Origin: Candidatus Kaiserbacteria bacterium
Lineage (GTDB): Bacteria > Patescibacteriota > Minisyncoccia > Phycocordibacterales > UBA2100
DNA length: 64,000 bases
NCBI GenBank assembly: GCA_028286865.1
Contig: JAQBQU010000019.1
Coordinates: 6,930-70,929 of the forward strand
Direction: 5' to 3'
Part shown: positions 1 through 11,702 of the stretch, piece by piece
Layout of the letters: each line of letters starts with the position of its first letter
Position numbering within the stretch: position 1 is the stretch's first letter
Position numbers and translations under genes: made by a program
The notes under the pieces: model-generated
Seen by the model: only the letters and a program-made list of their open reading frames with translations
What the model was told of the DNA's origin: nothing
Database searches by the model: none

Positions 1-386
1 GCCACTTGGTCTTCTCGACGCTTCATACCAACAACGCCGCACAGACCATCGACCGTATCATCGACATTTTCCCGGCGTCGCAACAGGATCAGATACGCCT
101 GCAGCTCGCGGCGTCGCTTGCCGGCATCTTTTCGCAGCGGCTTGTGCCGCGCGTATCCGGCGGCCTCATTCCGGCGTGCGAACTTCTCATCAACAACAAC
201 GCGGTATCGAATCTCATTCGCGAAAAGCGCGCGCACGAGATCAATACCGTCATCGAAACGGGCTCCCAAGACGGCATGATCGACATGAACCGCTCACTCG
301 CTGAATTGGTGGCGCGCGGCGAGATCACGACCGAGACCGCGTATCAATACTCAACGAACCCCAACGTGCTCGACAAACTGATGTAG
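1..386 (+). CDS. pilT: Type IV pilus retraction ATPase PilT, C-terminal fragment (5' end lies outside the window)
   Basis: ORF 6..386 is open to the window edge. Translation (TLHTNNAAQTIDRIIDIFP...GMIDMNRSLAELVARGEIT) matches the conserved PilT/GspE-family C-terminus. pilC follows directly. Confidence 0.8.
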   Translation, partial: HLVFSTLHTNNAAQTIDRIIDIFPASQQDQIRLQLAASLAGIFSQRLVPRVSGGLIPACELLINNNAVSNLIREKRAHEINTVIETGSQDGMIDMNRSLAELVARGEITTETAYQYSTNPNVLDKLM

Positions 387-389
387 CAT

Positions 390-1598
390 ATGGCAGTTTT
401 TAATTACAGCGCACTCGACGCCGAAGGTCACGAGCGGCAAGGTACCATCGACGCGGTGTCGATGGACGTGGCTATTACCGCGATCCAACGCCGCGGCCTC
501 GTCATCTCTTCGATAGCACCCGAGGCGACAAAGACCGGACTCGGTAAGAATATTTCGCTTTTCAACCGCGTGACCAACGCGGACATCGTTATGCTTAGCC
601 GGCAGATCACTACGCTCTTCGAGGCCCAGGTCTCCGCACTCCGCGCATTCCGTCTTTTGGCCGCAGAAGCGCGCACACCGATACTCGGCGAGAAGCTTAC
701 CGAGATCGCCAATGATATTCAAAGCGGCAGCAGTATCTCCGCGTCGCTTGCGCGTCAGCCCAACGTGTTCTCGCCGTTCTACGTCAACATGGTCCGCGCC
801 GGAGAAGAGTCGGGAAAACTCGACGAGACATTCCTTTTCCTCGCTGACTACATGGACCGCAATTACGAGATCACCCAAAAAGCGCGCAACGCACTCATTT
901 ATCCGGCATTCATATTGGGTACGTTTGCGGTAGTGATGACGCTCATGATGACGCTCGTTATTCCGCGCCTCGCGAGCATGCTCGATGAAGTGGGGCAAGC
1001 GGTCCCGATATACACGCGCCTCGTGATCGGGCTCAGTAACTTCATGACGCACTACATCCTTTTGATACTCGTTGCGCTCGTGGCTTCCGGCGTCTTTTTG
1101 TACCGATACGCAAAGACCGAAGGCGGTAACGCCCTCTTCTCCCGCGCGCGGCTCGATCTGCCGGTCATCGGCGGGATCTACCGCAAGATCTATCTCTCGC
1201 GCATCGCGGACAATCTCTCGACCATGCTTCGTTCCGGCATCCAGATATTGCGCGGTATTGAGATCACGGCGAGCGTCGTGGAAGATGCGACCTATGAACG
1301 GGTGCTCCTCGACGCCGCAAACGACGTCAAAGGCGGTATGCCGGTGTCCGACGCACTGCGAAAACACCCCGAAATACCGGGCATTGTTGTCGCCATGATG
1401 AAGATCGGCGAGGAGACGGGAAATATGGGAGAGATCCTCGAAACGATGGCCCGATTCTACCGCCGCGAGGTCAATAACGCCGTCGATACGATGGTCGACC
1501 TCATCGAGCCGATCATGATCGTGATGCTGGCGGTGGGCGTTGCAGTGCTCCTGGCATCGGTTCTGATCCCGATCTACAACATCGCATCCGGATTCTGA
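390..1598 (+). CDS. pilC: Type IV pilus platform protein PilC (GspF family)
   Basis: 402 aa with two GspF-like repeats and polytopic membrane segments. Sits between pilT and the pilin genes. Confidence 0.85.
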   Translation: MAVFNYSALDAEGHERQGTIDAVSMDVAITAIQRRGLVISSIAPEATKTGLGKNISLFNRVTNADIVMLSRQITTLFEAQVSALRAFRLLAAEARTPILGEKLTEIANDIQSGSSISASLARQPNVFSPFYVNMVRAGEESGKLDETFLFLADYMDRNYEITQKARNALIYPAFILGTFAVVMTLMMTLVIPRLASMLDEVGQAVPIYTRLVIGLSNFMTHYILLILVALVASGVFLYRYAKTEGGNALFSRARLDLPVIGGIYRKIYLSRIADNLSTMLRSGIQILRGIEITASVVEDATYERVLLDAANDVKGGMPVSDALRKHPEIPGIVVAMMKIGEETGNMGEILETMARFYRREVNNAVDTMVDLIEPIMIVMLAVGVAVLLASVLIPIYNIASGF

Positions 1599-1698
1599 CG
1601 TTTCGGTAGGGTTTTGTTATCCACACGGGGATAAACGCGGAGCGCAGCACGGTATACAATGTCCGTACTTACCAGCAACCATATTAAAAACCAGTGAA

Positions 1699-2244
<546 letters not shown>

Positions 2245-2261
2245 TCATCCCCGCACCATGC

Positions 2262-2288
2262 AAACACCCCGCGTAGGCGGGGTGTTTT
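2262..2288 (+). terminator. Rho-independent terminator after the pilin gene
   Basis: AAACACCCCGC-gtag-GCGGGGTGTTT, an 11-bp stem followed by a T run. The stem is nearly identical to the hairpin at 10026-10049. Confidence 0.75.
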
Positions 2289-2309
2289 CATACGGTATAC
2301 TTTTGAGCA

Positions 2310-3125
2310 ATGACTCTCGGACTCGTGTGCGGACTCTTCGGTCTCATTGCGGGAAGTTTTCTCAATGTCGTCATATTGCGCCACGGCGCCAAATCGCTCG
2401 ACGGCCGCTCTCAGTGCATGTCATGCGGTGTACAGCTCAAATGGTATGACCTCGTTCCGGTCATTTCCTGGGTCGCGCTGCGCGGAAAGTGCCGTGCGTG
2501 TCACAGCTCGATCTCGATCCAGTATCCGCTCGTTGAGCTTGCGAGCGGGGTGAGTTTTGTGCTCATCGGTACTTCGCAGGAGACATTCGGACTCGTCACG
2601 CCATTCTACTTTGCCGTGGCGGCTTTTATGATCGTGATCGCCGCCTATGACATCCGCCACACGATCATTCCCGATGAATGGGCGTATATGTTCGCGATAC
2701 TCGCTGCTGTCACCAGTATTATGGCGCCGCTATATGCCGGATCATTCCTCTTTTTGATCCTCGCGGGACCGCTCGCGGCACTTCCGCTGTTTCTGCTTTG
2801 GCTTGTCTCCGGCGGAAGCTGGATGGGGCTCGGCGACGCTAAGCTTGCACTCGGTATCGGTTGGCTCCTGGGGCCCGTGTACGGACCGGCCGCTATCATG
2901 GGAGCGTTCGTGATCGGGGCTGTCATCAGCGTCGGCATTCTTTTGCCGCTCCCGCATGCGCGCGCATATCTGCATCGGCTCCGCGCGGGAAAGGGGATAG
3001 CGCGGTTGAGAGGCGGACACACGGGACTTACAATGACGAGTGAGGTCGCGTTCGGTCCGTTCCTGGTGGCGAGCGCCTTTCTTACCTGGATGCTTCTTCT
3101 GTATCACGTCCCGCTTCCTTTGTGA
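2310..3125 (+). CDS. pilD: Prepilin peptidase (A24 family, PilD)
   Basis: N-terminal Cys motif (CMSCGVQL...CRAC) plus a polytopic membrane core, typical of peptidase A24. Confidence 0.85.
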   Translation: MTLGLVCGLFGLIAGSFLNVVILRHGAKSLDGRSQCMSCGVQLKWYDLVPVISWVALRGKCRACHSSISIQYPLVELASGVSFVLIGTSQETFGLVTPFYFAVAAFMIVIAAYDIRHTIIPDEWAYMFAILAAVTSIMAPLYAGSFLFLILAGPLAALPLFLLWLVSGGSWMGLGDAKLALGIGWLLGPVYGPAAIMGAFVIGAVISVGILLPLPHARAYLHRLRAGKGIARLRGGHTGLTMTSEVAFGPFLVASAFLTWMLLLYHVPLPL

Positions 3126-3130
3126 AAAAT

Positions 3131-3721
3131 ATGTTCAAAAAACTGAAAACCCGAAAATTGCATCGCGTGCGAAATGCGGGCTTCACACTTATTGAGCTGT
3201 TGGCGGTGACGGCCATCATGATGCTCATCACCGGGCTCGTGCTCGGCAACAATAATAAGTTCAACGGGACGATACTGCTGCAGAACGTCGCCTACGATAT
3301 CGCGCTCTCCGTGCGCGAAGCACAGGTGTACGGTATCTCGGTGCAAAATTTCAACGGGACGTTCACTGCGCCTTACGGCATGCACTTCCAGGTCAACGGA
3401 AACAACACTTCCATCTACATACTCTTTGCAGATGCCTCGATCGTGAACGGGACCTACGATAGCGGAGAGCTCGTGCAATCGACGACGCTCTCCGGCGGCT
3501 ATCGCATCAATGATCTGTGCGCGACCCCGCCGAGCGGAACCGAAGTATGCGGGCTCACATCGCTCGACGTCACATTCGTGCGTCCCGAGCCGGACGCATA
3601 CATACGCACATCGGCATACAGCGGCCTCAACAGTTCGGCGCGCATCCGTATCACATCTACGTCCGGCAGCTCGCGTGACGTCGTGATCGGGGCCAACGGC
3701 CAGATCTCGGTGCAACAATAA
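3131..3721 (+). CDS. Pseudopilin / minor pilin (prepilin-type N-terminal domain)
   Basis: RNAGFTLIELLAVTAIMMLI motif. The ORF track starts at GTG 3122, overlapping the pilD stop. I prefer the ATG at 3131. Confidence 0.7.
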   Translation: MFKKLKTRKLHRVRNAGFTLIELLAVTAIMMLITGLVLGNNNKFNGTILLQNVAYDIALSVREAQVYGISVQNFNGTFTAPYGMHFQVNGNNTSIYILFADASIVNGTYDSGELVQSTTLSGGYRINDLCATPPSGTEVCGLTSLDVTFVRPEPDAYIRTSAYSGLNSSARIRITSTSGSSRDVVIGANGQISVQQ

Positions 3722-3722
3722 T

Positions 3723-4319
3723 ATGAATACTTCGTTCAAACAGAAAAGATCGCGCACGGGTCAGTCGGGCTTCACACTGATCGAAATGATCGTGGCGGTG
3801 GGTCTCTTTGCAGTCGTCATGATGGTCTCGGTAGGGGCACTTCTCTCGTTGGTGACTGCCAACAGAAAAGCACAGGGGCTTCAGTCGGTGATGAACAACA
3901 TGAACGTGGCGATCGACGGCATGGTACGCGCGGTACGCATGGGAAGCATCTATCATTGCGGCGAGGGCACATATACGATAGCGGCCGACTGTTCATCGGG
4001 CAATTCGGTGCTTGCGTTCGAGCCGTATCACACGGGTCCGACCGTGCCGCCGTGGATCTACTGGTATGCGACCGATTCCAAGGGTGTCGGCCGCTTGTAT
4101 AAATCCGAAGACGGAACCATCGCGAGCGGACTTCCCATCACCGCTCCCGAGGTCAGTATCGATTCGGTAAAATTCTACGTGCTGGGCTCTGCGCGCGGGG
4201 ACACGCAGCAGCCGAAGGTCCTCATCATCATCAAGGGAAGCGCCGGCAATACACAGCTCATCACGACCACCACCTTCCACATTCAGGCCACCGCGGTCCA
4301 ACGTATACTCGATCTATGA
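3723..4319 (+). CDS. Pseudopilin / minor pilin
   Basis: GQSGFTLIEMIVAVGLFAVV prepilin motif, located in the pilus operon. Confidence 0.7.
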   Translation: MNTSFKQKRSRTGQSGFTLIEMIVAVGLFAVVMMVSVGALLSLVTANRKAQGLQSVMNNMNVAIDGMVRAVRMGSIYHCGEGTYTIAADCSSGNSVLAFEPYHTGPTVPPWIYWYATDSKGVGRLYKSEDGTIASGLPITAPEVSIDSVKFYVLGSARGDTQQPKVLIIIKGSAGNTQLITTTTFHIQATAVQRILDL

Positions 4320-4885
4320 TGCATCACTCTTTTGGTACGGCGCGCGGATTCACCCTCATCGAAACCATGGTGGCGGTCTCATTGCTCTCGATCGCGATCG
4401 TGGCGCCGATGGCGCTGACGACGCAGAGTCTTACGGCAGCGTTCTATGCGCGCGATCAGGTGACGGCGTTCAATCTCGCTCAAGAGGGGATCGAGGCAGT
4501 GCGCGCCATCCGCGACGGACAGATCCTCCAAATATCTCAGAATTCCGACGCTTCCGGTATCGACCTCTTCGGCCCTATCCCGGTCGATCAGGACTTCACC
4601 ATCGACTCGCGCCAATCGATACCGACCAATGCGATAAGTTCGTGCTCGGGCGCGTGTCCGGCGCTCCAGACGGACGGCACGCTCTACGGATACGACGCCG
4701 ACCTCACCACATGGCTCCCGACCCATTTCACCCGCACCCTCCATGTGAAATACGTCGGCGCGAGCCACGACGAGATCCGTGTCTCGGTGACGGTCTCGTG
4801 GCCGACGGCATCGGGTCAAACGCGATCGTTCACGATATTCGGCAATCTCTACCGCTGGGTCCAGGACGGTGCCGCCACCTCATAA
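4316..4885 (+). CDS. Pseudopilin / minor pilin
   Basis: ARGFTLIETMVAVSLL motif. ATGA start/stop overlap with the upstream gene. Confidence 0.7.
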   Translation: MMHHSFGTARGFTLIETMVAVSLLSIAIVAPMALTTQSLTAAFYARDQVTAFNLAQEGIEAVRAIRDGQILQISQNSDASGIDLFGPIPVDQDFTIDSRQSIPTNAISSCSGACPALQTDGTLYGYDADLTTWLPTHFTRTLHVKYVGASHDEIRVSVTVSWPTASGQTRSFTIFGNLYRWVQDGAATS

Positions 4886-4886
4886 T

Positions 4887-5417
4887 ATGAAAATATACTC
4901 ATCTTTTAGAGCGGCTCTAGAGAAATTATTCCCGACATTCGCGTCGGCGTTCTCCGGCACGCGCACAAAAGGATTCACGCTCTTGCTCGCGGCACTCGTC
5001 GCGTCGATCGTGCTCTCACTTGGCACCTCGGTGTACACGATCGCGGTGAAGCAGGTGCAGCTCTCGAGCCTCGGGCGCGATTCGCAATTCGCATTTTATA
5101 CAGCAGACACCGGCGCCGAATGCGCACTCTACTGGGATGTGCGCTTCGACGCGTTCGCCACCAGTAGCGTGGCCGCGCCGACATGCGACGGACAAGCGGT
5201 CACTATCACCGCGGTCGGGAGCGATTACCCGTATACGCGCGAGTTCGAGGTGAATCTCTTCTCGGATCAATCCACCGGATACTGTGCCGACGTTCTCATC
5301 ACCAAGAACTCGACCAATCCGCACACGGTGATCCACGCCGACGGCTATAGCGTCACCTGCGCTGAGCGCGACGCGAGCACGCGAGCCCTGCAGCGCTCGG
5401 TCGAGCTCCAATACTAA
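4887..5417 (+). CDS. Pilin-like protein (degenerate prepilin N-terminus)
   Basis: TKGFTLLLAALVASIVLS hydrophobic segment. ATG at 4887 lies just after the upstream stop (the track starts at GTG 4869). Confidence 0.55.
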   Translation: MKIYSSFRAALEKLFPTFASAFSGTRTKGFTLLLAALVASIVLSLGTSVYTIAVKQVQLSSLGRDSQFAFYTADTGAECALYWDVRFDAFATSSVAAPTCDGQAVTITAVGSDYPYTREFEVNLFSDQSTGYCADVLITKNSTNPHTVIHADGYSVTCAERDASTRALQRSVELQY

Positions 5418-7765
<2,348 letters not shown>

Positions 7766-7766
7766 T

Positions 7767-9179
7767 ATGGATCTCACGACACTCACGATAGCCAAGGCGC
7801 GACGTGCCCTTGATGCGGGCGAATATACATCGCTCGAGCTTACCAATGCGTATCTCGACTCGATCAAGGAGAAAGACGGCGAAATACATGCGTATCTTGA
7901 AGTGTGGGAAGAAAGTGCGCGCGAAGAGGCGCATGCTGCTGATATTTTGATCAAGGCAGGGAAGGCGCAGGCGCTCACCGGTATCCCGCTTGCGATCAAA
8001 GACAATATGCTGATAAAGGGCAGGGTCGTGAGCGCGGCATCAAAAATGCTCGAACACTACACGGCTTCGTACGACGCATTCGTCATCGAAAAATTGAAAG
8101 CGCAGGGCGCTGTACTCTTGGGACGCACCAACATGGATGAGTTTGCAATGGGAAGCTCAACAGAAAATTCCGCATTCGGCCCCACGAAGAATCCGCTTGA
8201 TATGACGAGGGTTCCGGGCGGCTCATCCGGCGGCTCGGCGGCGGCTGTTGCAGGGCATTTGGCCGTCGCATCGCTTGGCTCTGACACGGGAGGTTCGATA
8301 AGGCAACCGGCATCGCTTACCGGTCTTGTGGGGTTCAAGCCGACCTACGGTGCGGTCTCACGATACGGCTTGATCGCCATGGGCAGCAGTTTGGATCAGA
8401 TAGGACCTTTTGCGCATACAGTCGCTGACACGAAGATATTATTCGATGCAATACGGGGGCATGATGCCCACGACAGTACTTCTATAGCCGACTACAGTCC
8501 CGAAGGGGCTGCGCCAAAAGTGATCGGAGTGCCACGCTCGTTCTTGGCGCAGGGGGTGGACCCCGATGTGCTCGTGAATTTCGAGAAAACACTCGAAAAA
8601 CTTAAGACGCAGGGATATGTGATACGCGACATCGAGCTTCCGAATGTGCCGTATTCTCTTGCCGTGTATTACATCATCATGCCTGCAGAAGTATCGACCA
8701 ATCTCGGGCGGCTCGACGGAATTCGATACGGACTTTCAGTGCCGGCGGATACCATTCAGGAAGTGTACGGAAAGAGTCGTGCGGCGGGATTTGGACCGGA
8801 GACGCGCCGCCGCATCCTTGTCGGCACATTCGTACTATCTTCCGGCTATGTTGATGCGTACTATCGTCGTGCGCAAAAAGTTCGCGCTGCTATTCGAAAT
8901 GAATTTGCCCATGCGTTCGAGTCGGGGATAGATGCGATCGTGACACCGACCACACCGTCGCCCGCTTTTAAATTCGGCTCTAAATCTGATCCGGTCGCGA
9001 TGTACGCTGAAGATGTCTTTGCCGTACCGGTGAATCTTGCCGGCGTCCCAGCGATCTCGGTACCGAATGGAAGCGTGGAACGCGACGGGGTCATGCTCCC
9101 AACCGGATTTCAGATCATCGCTGCACATAAGCGTGAGGACGTATTGTTCAAGATCGGCGAGGACGTGGAGAGTGCATAG
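7767..9179 (+). CDS. gatA: Asp/Glu-tRNA amidotransferase subunit A
   Basis: 470 aa with the amidase signature (GGSSGGSAAAVA...GSDTGGSIRQPAS). Confidence 0.95.
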   Translation: MDLTTLTIAKARRALDAGEYTSLELTNAYLDSIKEKDGEIHAYLEVWEESAREEAHAADILIKAGKAQALTGIPLAIKDNMLIKGRVVSAASKMLEHYTASYDAFVIEKLKAQGAVLLGRTNMDEFAMGSSTENSAFGPTKNPLDMTRVPGGSSGGSAAAVAGHLAVASLGSDTGGSIRQPASLTGLVGFKPTYGAVSRYGLIAMGSSLDQIGPFAHTVADTKILFDAIRGHDAHDSTSIADYSPEGAAPKVIGVPRSFLAQGVDPDVLVNFEKTLEKLKTQGYVIRDIELPNVPYSLAVYYIIMPAEVSTNLGRLDGIRYGLSVPADTIQEVYGKSRAAGFGPETRRRILVGTFVLSSGYVDAYYRRAQKVRAAIRNEFAHAFESGIDAIVTPTTPSPAFKFGSKSDPVAMYAEDVFAVPVNLAGVPAISVPNGSVERDGVMLPTGFQIIAAHKREDVLFKIGEDVESA

Positions 9180-9202
9180 TTTTTCAAGTTATACTTTAGT
9201 AC

Positions 9203-9895
9203 ATGCAAGACGAAACGCTCGGCGGCGGCATTCTGACCGCTTTGCACTATGCGGGCGACATCATGTTCCGCTGGATACCGGGCACCGTCGAGGCTGTCTC
9301 GGGCGTCACTCCGGGTCCCTCTCCGGTTATCACGCCTATCACGCAGCCGATAACGACCGGTGCGGTGAGCAATTTCCTGCAGACCACTGCTTCGGCTGAA
9401 GCATTTTCCGAGCTCTATACTGATTGGCATGTACTCGTGACACTCTCTATCATCATTTCGATCATCCTCATGATCGGTATCGTCTACTGCGTGCTGCGCA
9501 TCTTCCAGATACGAAAGACCGAAGAGGACCGCTTCCGCGCATCGGCGCACCCGGTCGCGGCCAAAGACGTATCACGTGTGCAGCTGCGGTGGAACCGCAT
9601 TGTCGAACAGACGCGCACCGAGAACGAGCAGAACTGGCGCCTTGCTATCCTCGAGGCGGACATCATGCTTAATGATCTGCTTGATCAATTGGGATACCGC
9701 GGCGAGACCATGGCCGACAAGATGAAGCAGATCGAGCGTACCAGATTCAATTCGATCGACATGGCGTGGGAGGCGCATCTCGTACGCAACGCCATCGCAC
9801 ACCAGGGGTCGCTCCAGGCGTTGACCCAGCGCGAAGCACGACGGGTCGTCGGACTGTACGAACACGTGTTCAGAGAGTTCCGTTATATCGTCTGA
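9203..9895 (+). CDS. Hypothetical membrane protein
   Basis: 230 aa with one clear TM segment (LVTLSIIISIILMIGIVYCVL). TATACT lies 7 nt before the ATG. No family recognised. Confidence 0.5.
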   Translation: MQDETLGGGILTALHYAGDIMFRWIPGTVEAVSGVTPGPSPVITPITQPITTGAVSNFLQTTASAEAFSELYTDWHVLVTLSIIISIILMIGIVYCVLRIFQIRKTEEDRFRASAHPVAAKDVSRVQLRWNRIVEQTRTENEQNWRLAILEADIMLNDLLDQLGYRGETMADKMKQIERTRFNSIDMAWEAHLVRNAIAHQGSLQALTQREARRVVGLYEHVFREFRYIV

Positions 9896-9944
9896 TCAGA
9901 AAATTGCGAGGGGAGTGCATCCGTAGTAGAATGTCGGACACGAT

Positions 9945-10016
9945 AGCGGGGTGGAGCAGTAGTAGCTCGCAAGGCTCATAACCTTGAGGTCGCGGGTGCA
10001 ATTCCCGCCCCCGCAA
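9945..10016 (+). tRNA. tRNA-Met (CAT), initiator-like, with atypical D and T loops
   Basis: Hand-folded cloverleaf AGCGGGG-TG-GAGC-AGTAGTA-GCTC-G-CAAGG-CTCATAA-CCTTG-AGGTC-GCGGG-TGCAATT-CCCGC-CCCCGCA-A. Close to E. coli tRNA-fMet in the acceptor and D stem, with a 1:72 mismatch. No encoded CCA. Confidence 0.7.
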
Positions 10017-10025
10017 CACGAAAGC

Positions 10026-10049
10026 AAAACACCCCGACCGGGGTGTTTT
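10026..10049. terminator. Bidirectional hairpin terminator
   Basis: AAAACACCCCG/CGGGGTGTTTT hairpin with an A run on one side and a T run on the other. Lies between the tRNA-Met and a convergent small ORF. Confidence 0.65.
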
Positions 10050-10059
10050 GCACAGGGGG

Positions 10060-10242
10060 TCAGCTCTCGGAAATGATGCCGATCACGGCGCCTGCTATCG
10101 AAGTGAGGCCCACGAAGATGAACGAAATGATGAGCAGCTTCCAGTCCCAAGCGAAGATGAGTCGTCCGACCGCATACAGAAAGAAGACGACCGAAATAGG
10201 CCAGAAGACAAAGGAATTAACGGCAAGTATTTTTTCCCACAT
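10060..10242 (-). CDS. Small two-TM membrane protein (hypothetical)
   Basis: 60 aa and strongly hydrophobic. It starts 1 nt after the minus-strand tRNA(CAT) and ends at the bidirectional terminator. Confidence 0.45.
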   Translation of the reverse strand: MWEKILAVNSFVFWPISVVFFLYAVGRLIFAWDWKLLIISFIFVGLTSIAGAVIGIISES

Positions 10243-10243
10243 G

Positions 10244-10317
10244 TGTCGAGGGTGGGACTCGAACCCACGACCTAGCGCTTATGAAACGCTCGCTCTAACC
10301 GGCTGAGCTACCCCGAC
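10244..10317 (-). tRNA. tRNA with CAT anticodon (elongator Met or Ile2; cannot be distinguished by eye)
   Basis: Reverse complement folds as GTCGGGG-TA-GCTC-AGCCGGTTA-GAGC-G-AGCGT-TTCATAA-GCGCT-AGGTC-GTGGG-TTCGAGT-CCCAC-CCTCGAC-A. Confidence 0.8.
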
Positions 10318-10363
10318 AACTGAGCAACGAAAGAGGAAGCTTGCTTGCTCTTTCTGCGAAGGC

Positions 10364-10396
10364 CGTCGGTGAAAGCGCTTTGCGCTTACCCCGACG
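10364..10396 (-). repeat. Nested hairpin element about 45 nt upstream of the minus-strand tRNA(CAT); homolog of the 14168 and 14231 elements
   Basis: Outer stem CGTCGG/CCGACG, inner stem AAGCGC/GCGCTT. The flanking leader cgcagaaagagcaagcaagc matches cgcagaaaggcaagtagaag at 14201-14220. Confidence 0.55.
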
Positions 10397-10508
10397 ATAC
10401 GGAGACAATATCGCATTTTCGGCCTTTTGCGAATAGGGGATACATCTTTTACGAAAGCCCACTCGCAAAAAAGCGAAAAATACGGTATTCTCACGCAGTT
10501 GCTCACTT

Positions 10509-10582
10509 GCGGGTGTAGCTCAATTGGTTAGAGCACTCCCCTGTCACGGGAGAGGCTGCGGGTTCGAGTCCCGTCACTCGCG
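10509..10582 (+). tRNA. tRNA-Asp (GTC)
   Basis: GCGGGTG-TA-GCTC-AATTGGTTA-GAGC-A-CTCCC-CTGTCAC-GGGAG-AGGCT-GCGGG-TTCGAGT-CCCGT-CACTCGC-G. Confidence 0.85.
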
Positions 10583-10635
10583 CAAACGCAAAATAAGACC
10601 TCGATTACTCACCAGGGCCGTACTATACTAAGCGG

Positions 10636-11700
10636 ATGAAAGCGGAGCATTTTGACCCCTTGGGCCGATCGGGTCTTCCTAAGCTCGCGGAAAGAGCGGA
10701 GATAAGTAGTGAGGACGCACTGGAGAGCCAAGGACTGGGGTTTGCGTTTCCCGTGCACAAAAAGATCAGAACCATGCAGGCGCTGCATATCCCTACTTTC
10801 GCTGAGGGAGGCGAACAGATCGACAGGGCAGAACTCTTAAAAGTAAGCCTCCGCAGCGTGAAAAATGCGTGGGAAAAAGCGATCGAGCCTCGTATCGGCG
10901 CTATCCGCAACAAAGCAGTCGAAGAAAAGGAACGAAAAGAAGGTAATGATTTCTTTACCGAGGCCGACGTTGAAAGCGAAAAACTTATCGTCGGCGAGTT
11001 CACTCGCGAGTTCGGCGAACAAAATCTGCAGTTCTATGGTGAAGAAGTCGGAGGGTATAGCGGTAATCCCGATGCGAACATCACTGTGCGAATTGATCCG
11101 ATCGACGGGACTCATACATTTAAATTCGGTAAACAGGACTGGTGCATCATGGTCGGCGTGTATGAAGGGAAGCGAGATGCGCAGGAGCAGATCGTGGCGT
11201 CCGTTTTTTCGCCGGAGCGCAACGAACTTTTTTACTACGTCAAAGATATCGGAGCGTTTTCATACAACCAAGAGACGGGAGAAAGCACTGAGCTGTTACC
11301 GGTAGAGGGTCAGGATGATCTGCGTGAACTCATTGTCAGTTTTTATGCGCATGCAGAATTTGAGCAGCGTGGAAAAGACGATGAGATCATAAAGACGCTC
11401 GGAGAACAGGGCGCCGAGGTGAAGATGTTCTCATCCGGCACCGAGGTCCTGGAAGCATTTATGACGAGAGGGAAGCGGATACTGATATTCGACGGGGATA
11501 TGGACCAGACCGATTACATACCGCTTTCGATGCTTGTTCGCGCGGGCTATAAGATCTATGAGTGGGGCGCAGATCAGGAGATCCGCCCGGAGGATCCCGC
11601 GTTGGATAACAAGAAAGTGGTGATAGTTCCCCCGGGGCAAGCCGGCCTGCAGGTCCGCGAGCTGATCGCACACATTCATACCAAGGACGGACCGAATTGA
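10636..11700 (+). CDS. Inositol monophosphatase / FBPase-family phosphatase with an N-terminal extension
   Basis: Motifs FFTEADVESEKLI and RIDPIDGTHTF (IMPase metal-binding signatures). TATACT lies 6 nt before the ATG. Confidence 0.6.
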   Translation: MKAEHFDPLGRSGLPKLAERAEISSEDALESQGLGFAFPVHKKIRTMQALHIPTFAEGGEQIDRAELLKVSLRSVKNAWEKAIEPRIGAIRNKAVEEKERKEGNDFFTEADVESEKLIVGEFTREFGEQNLQFYGEEVGGYSGNPDANITVRIDPIDGTHTFKFGKQDWCIMVGVYEGKRDAQEQIVASVFSPERNELFYYVKDIGAFSYNQETGESTELLPVEGQDDLRELIVSFYAHAEFEQRGKDDEIIKTLGEQGAEVKMFSSGTEVLEAFMTRGKRILIFDGDMDQTDYIPLSMLVRAGYKIYEWGADQEIRPEDPALDNKKVVIVPPGQAGLQVRELIAHIHTKDGPN

Positions 11701-11702
11701 AC

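Noticed and set aside
351-1367. 338-aa ORF on the minus strand, antisense to pilC. The same class includes 5574..6539, 15997..16719, 22990..23874, 41114..41809, 47274..48116 and 59668..60753.
   Set aside because: Each lies entirely opposite a confidently identified, well-conserved gene (pilC, ligA, the Tat-signal ORF, capA-like, msrB, the DEAD-box helicase, dsbA/typA). Their translations are Arg/His/Asp-rich low-complexity strings typical of antisense frames in GC-rich DNA, and they have no start signals.
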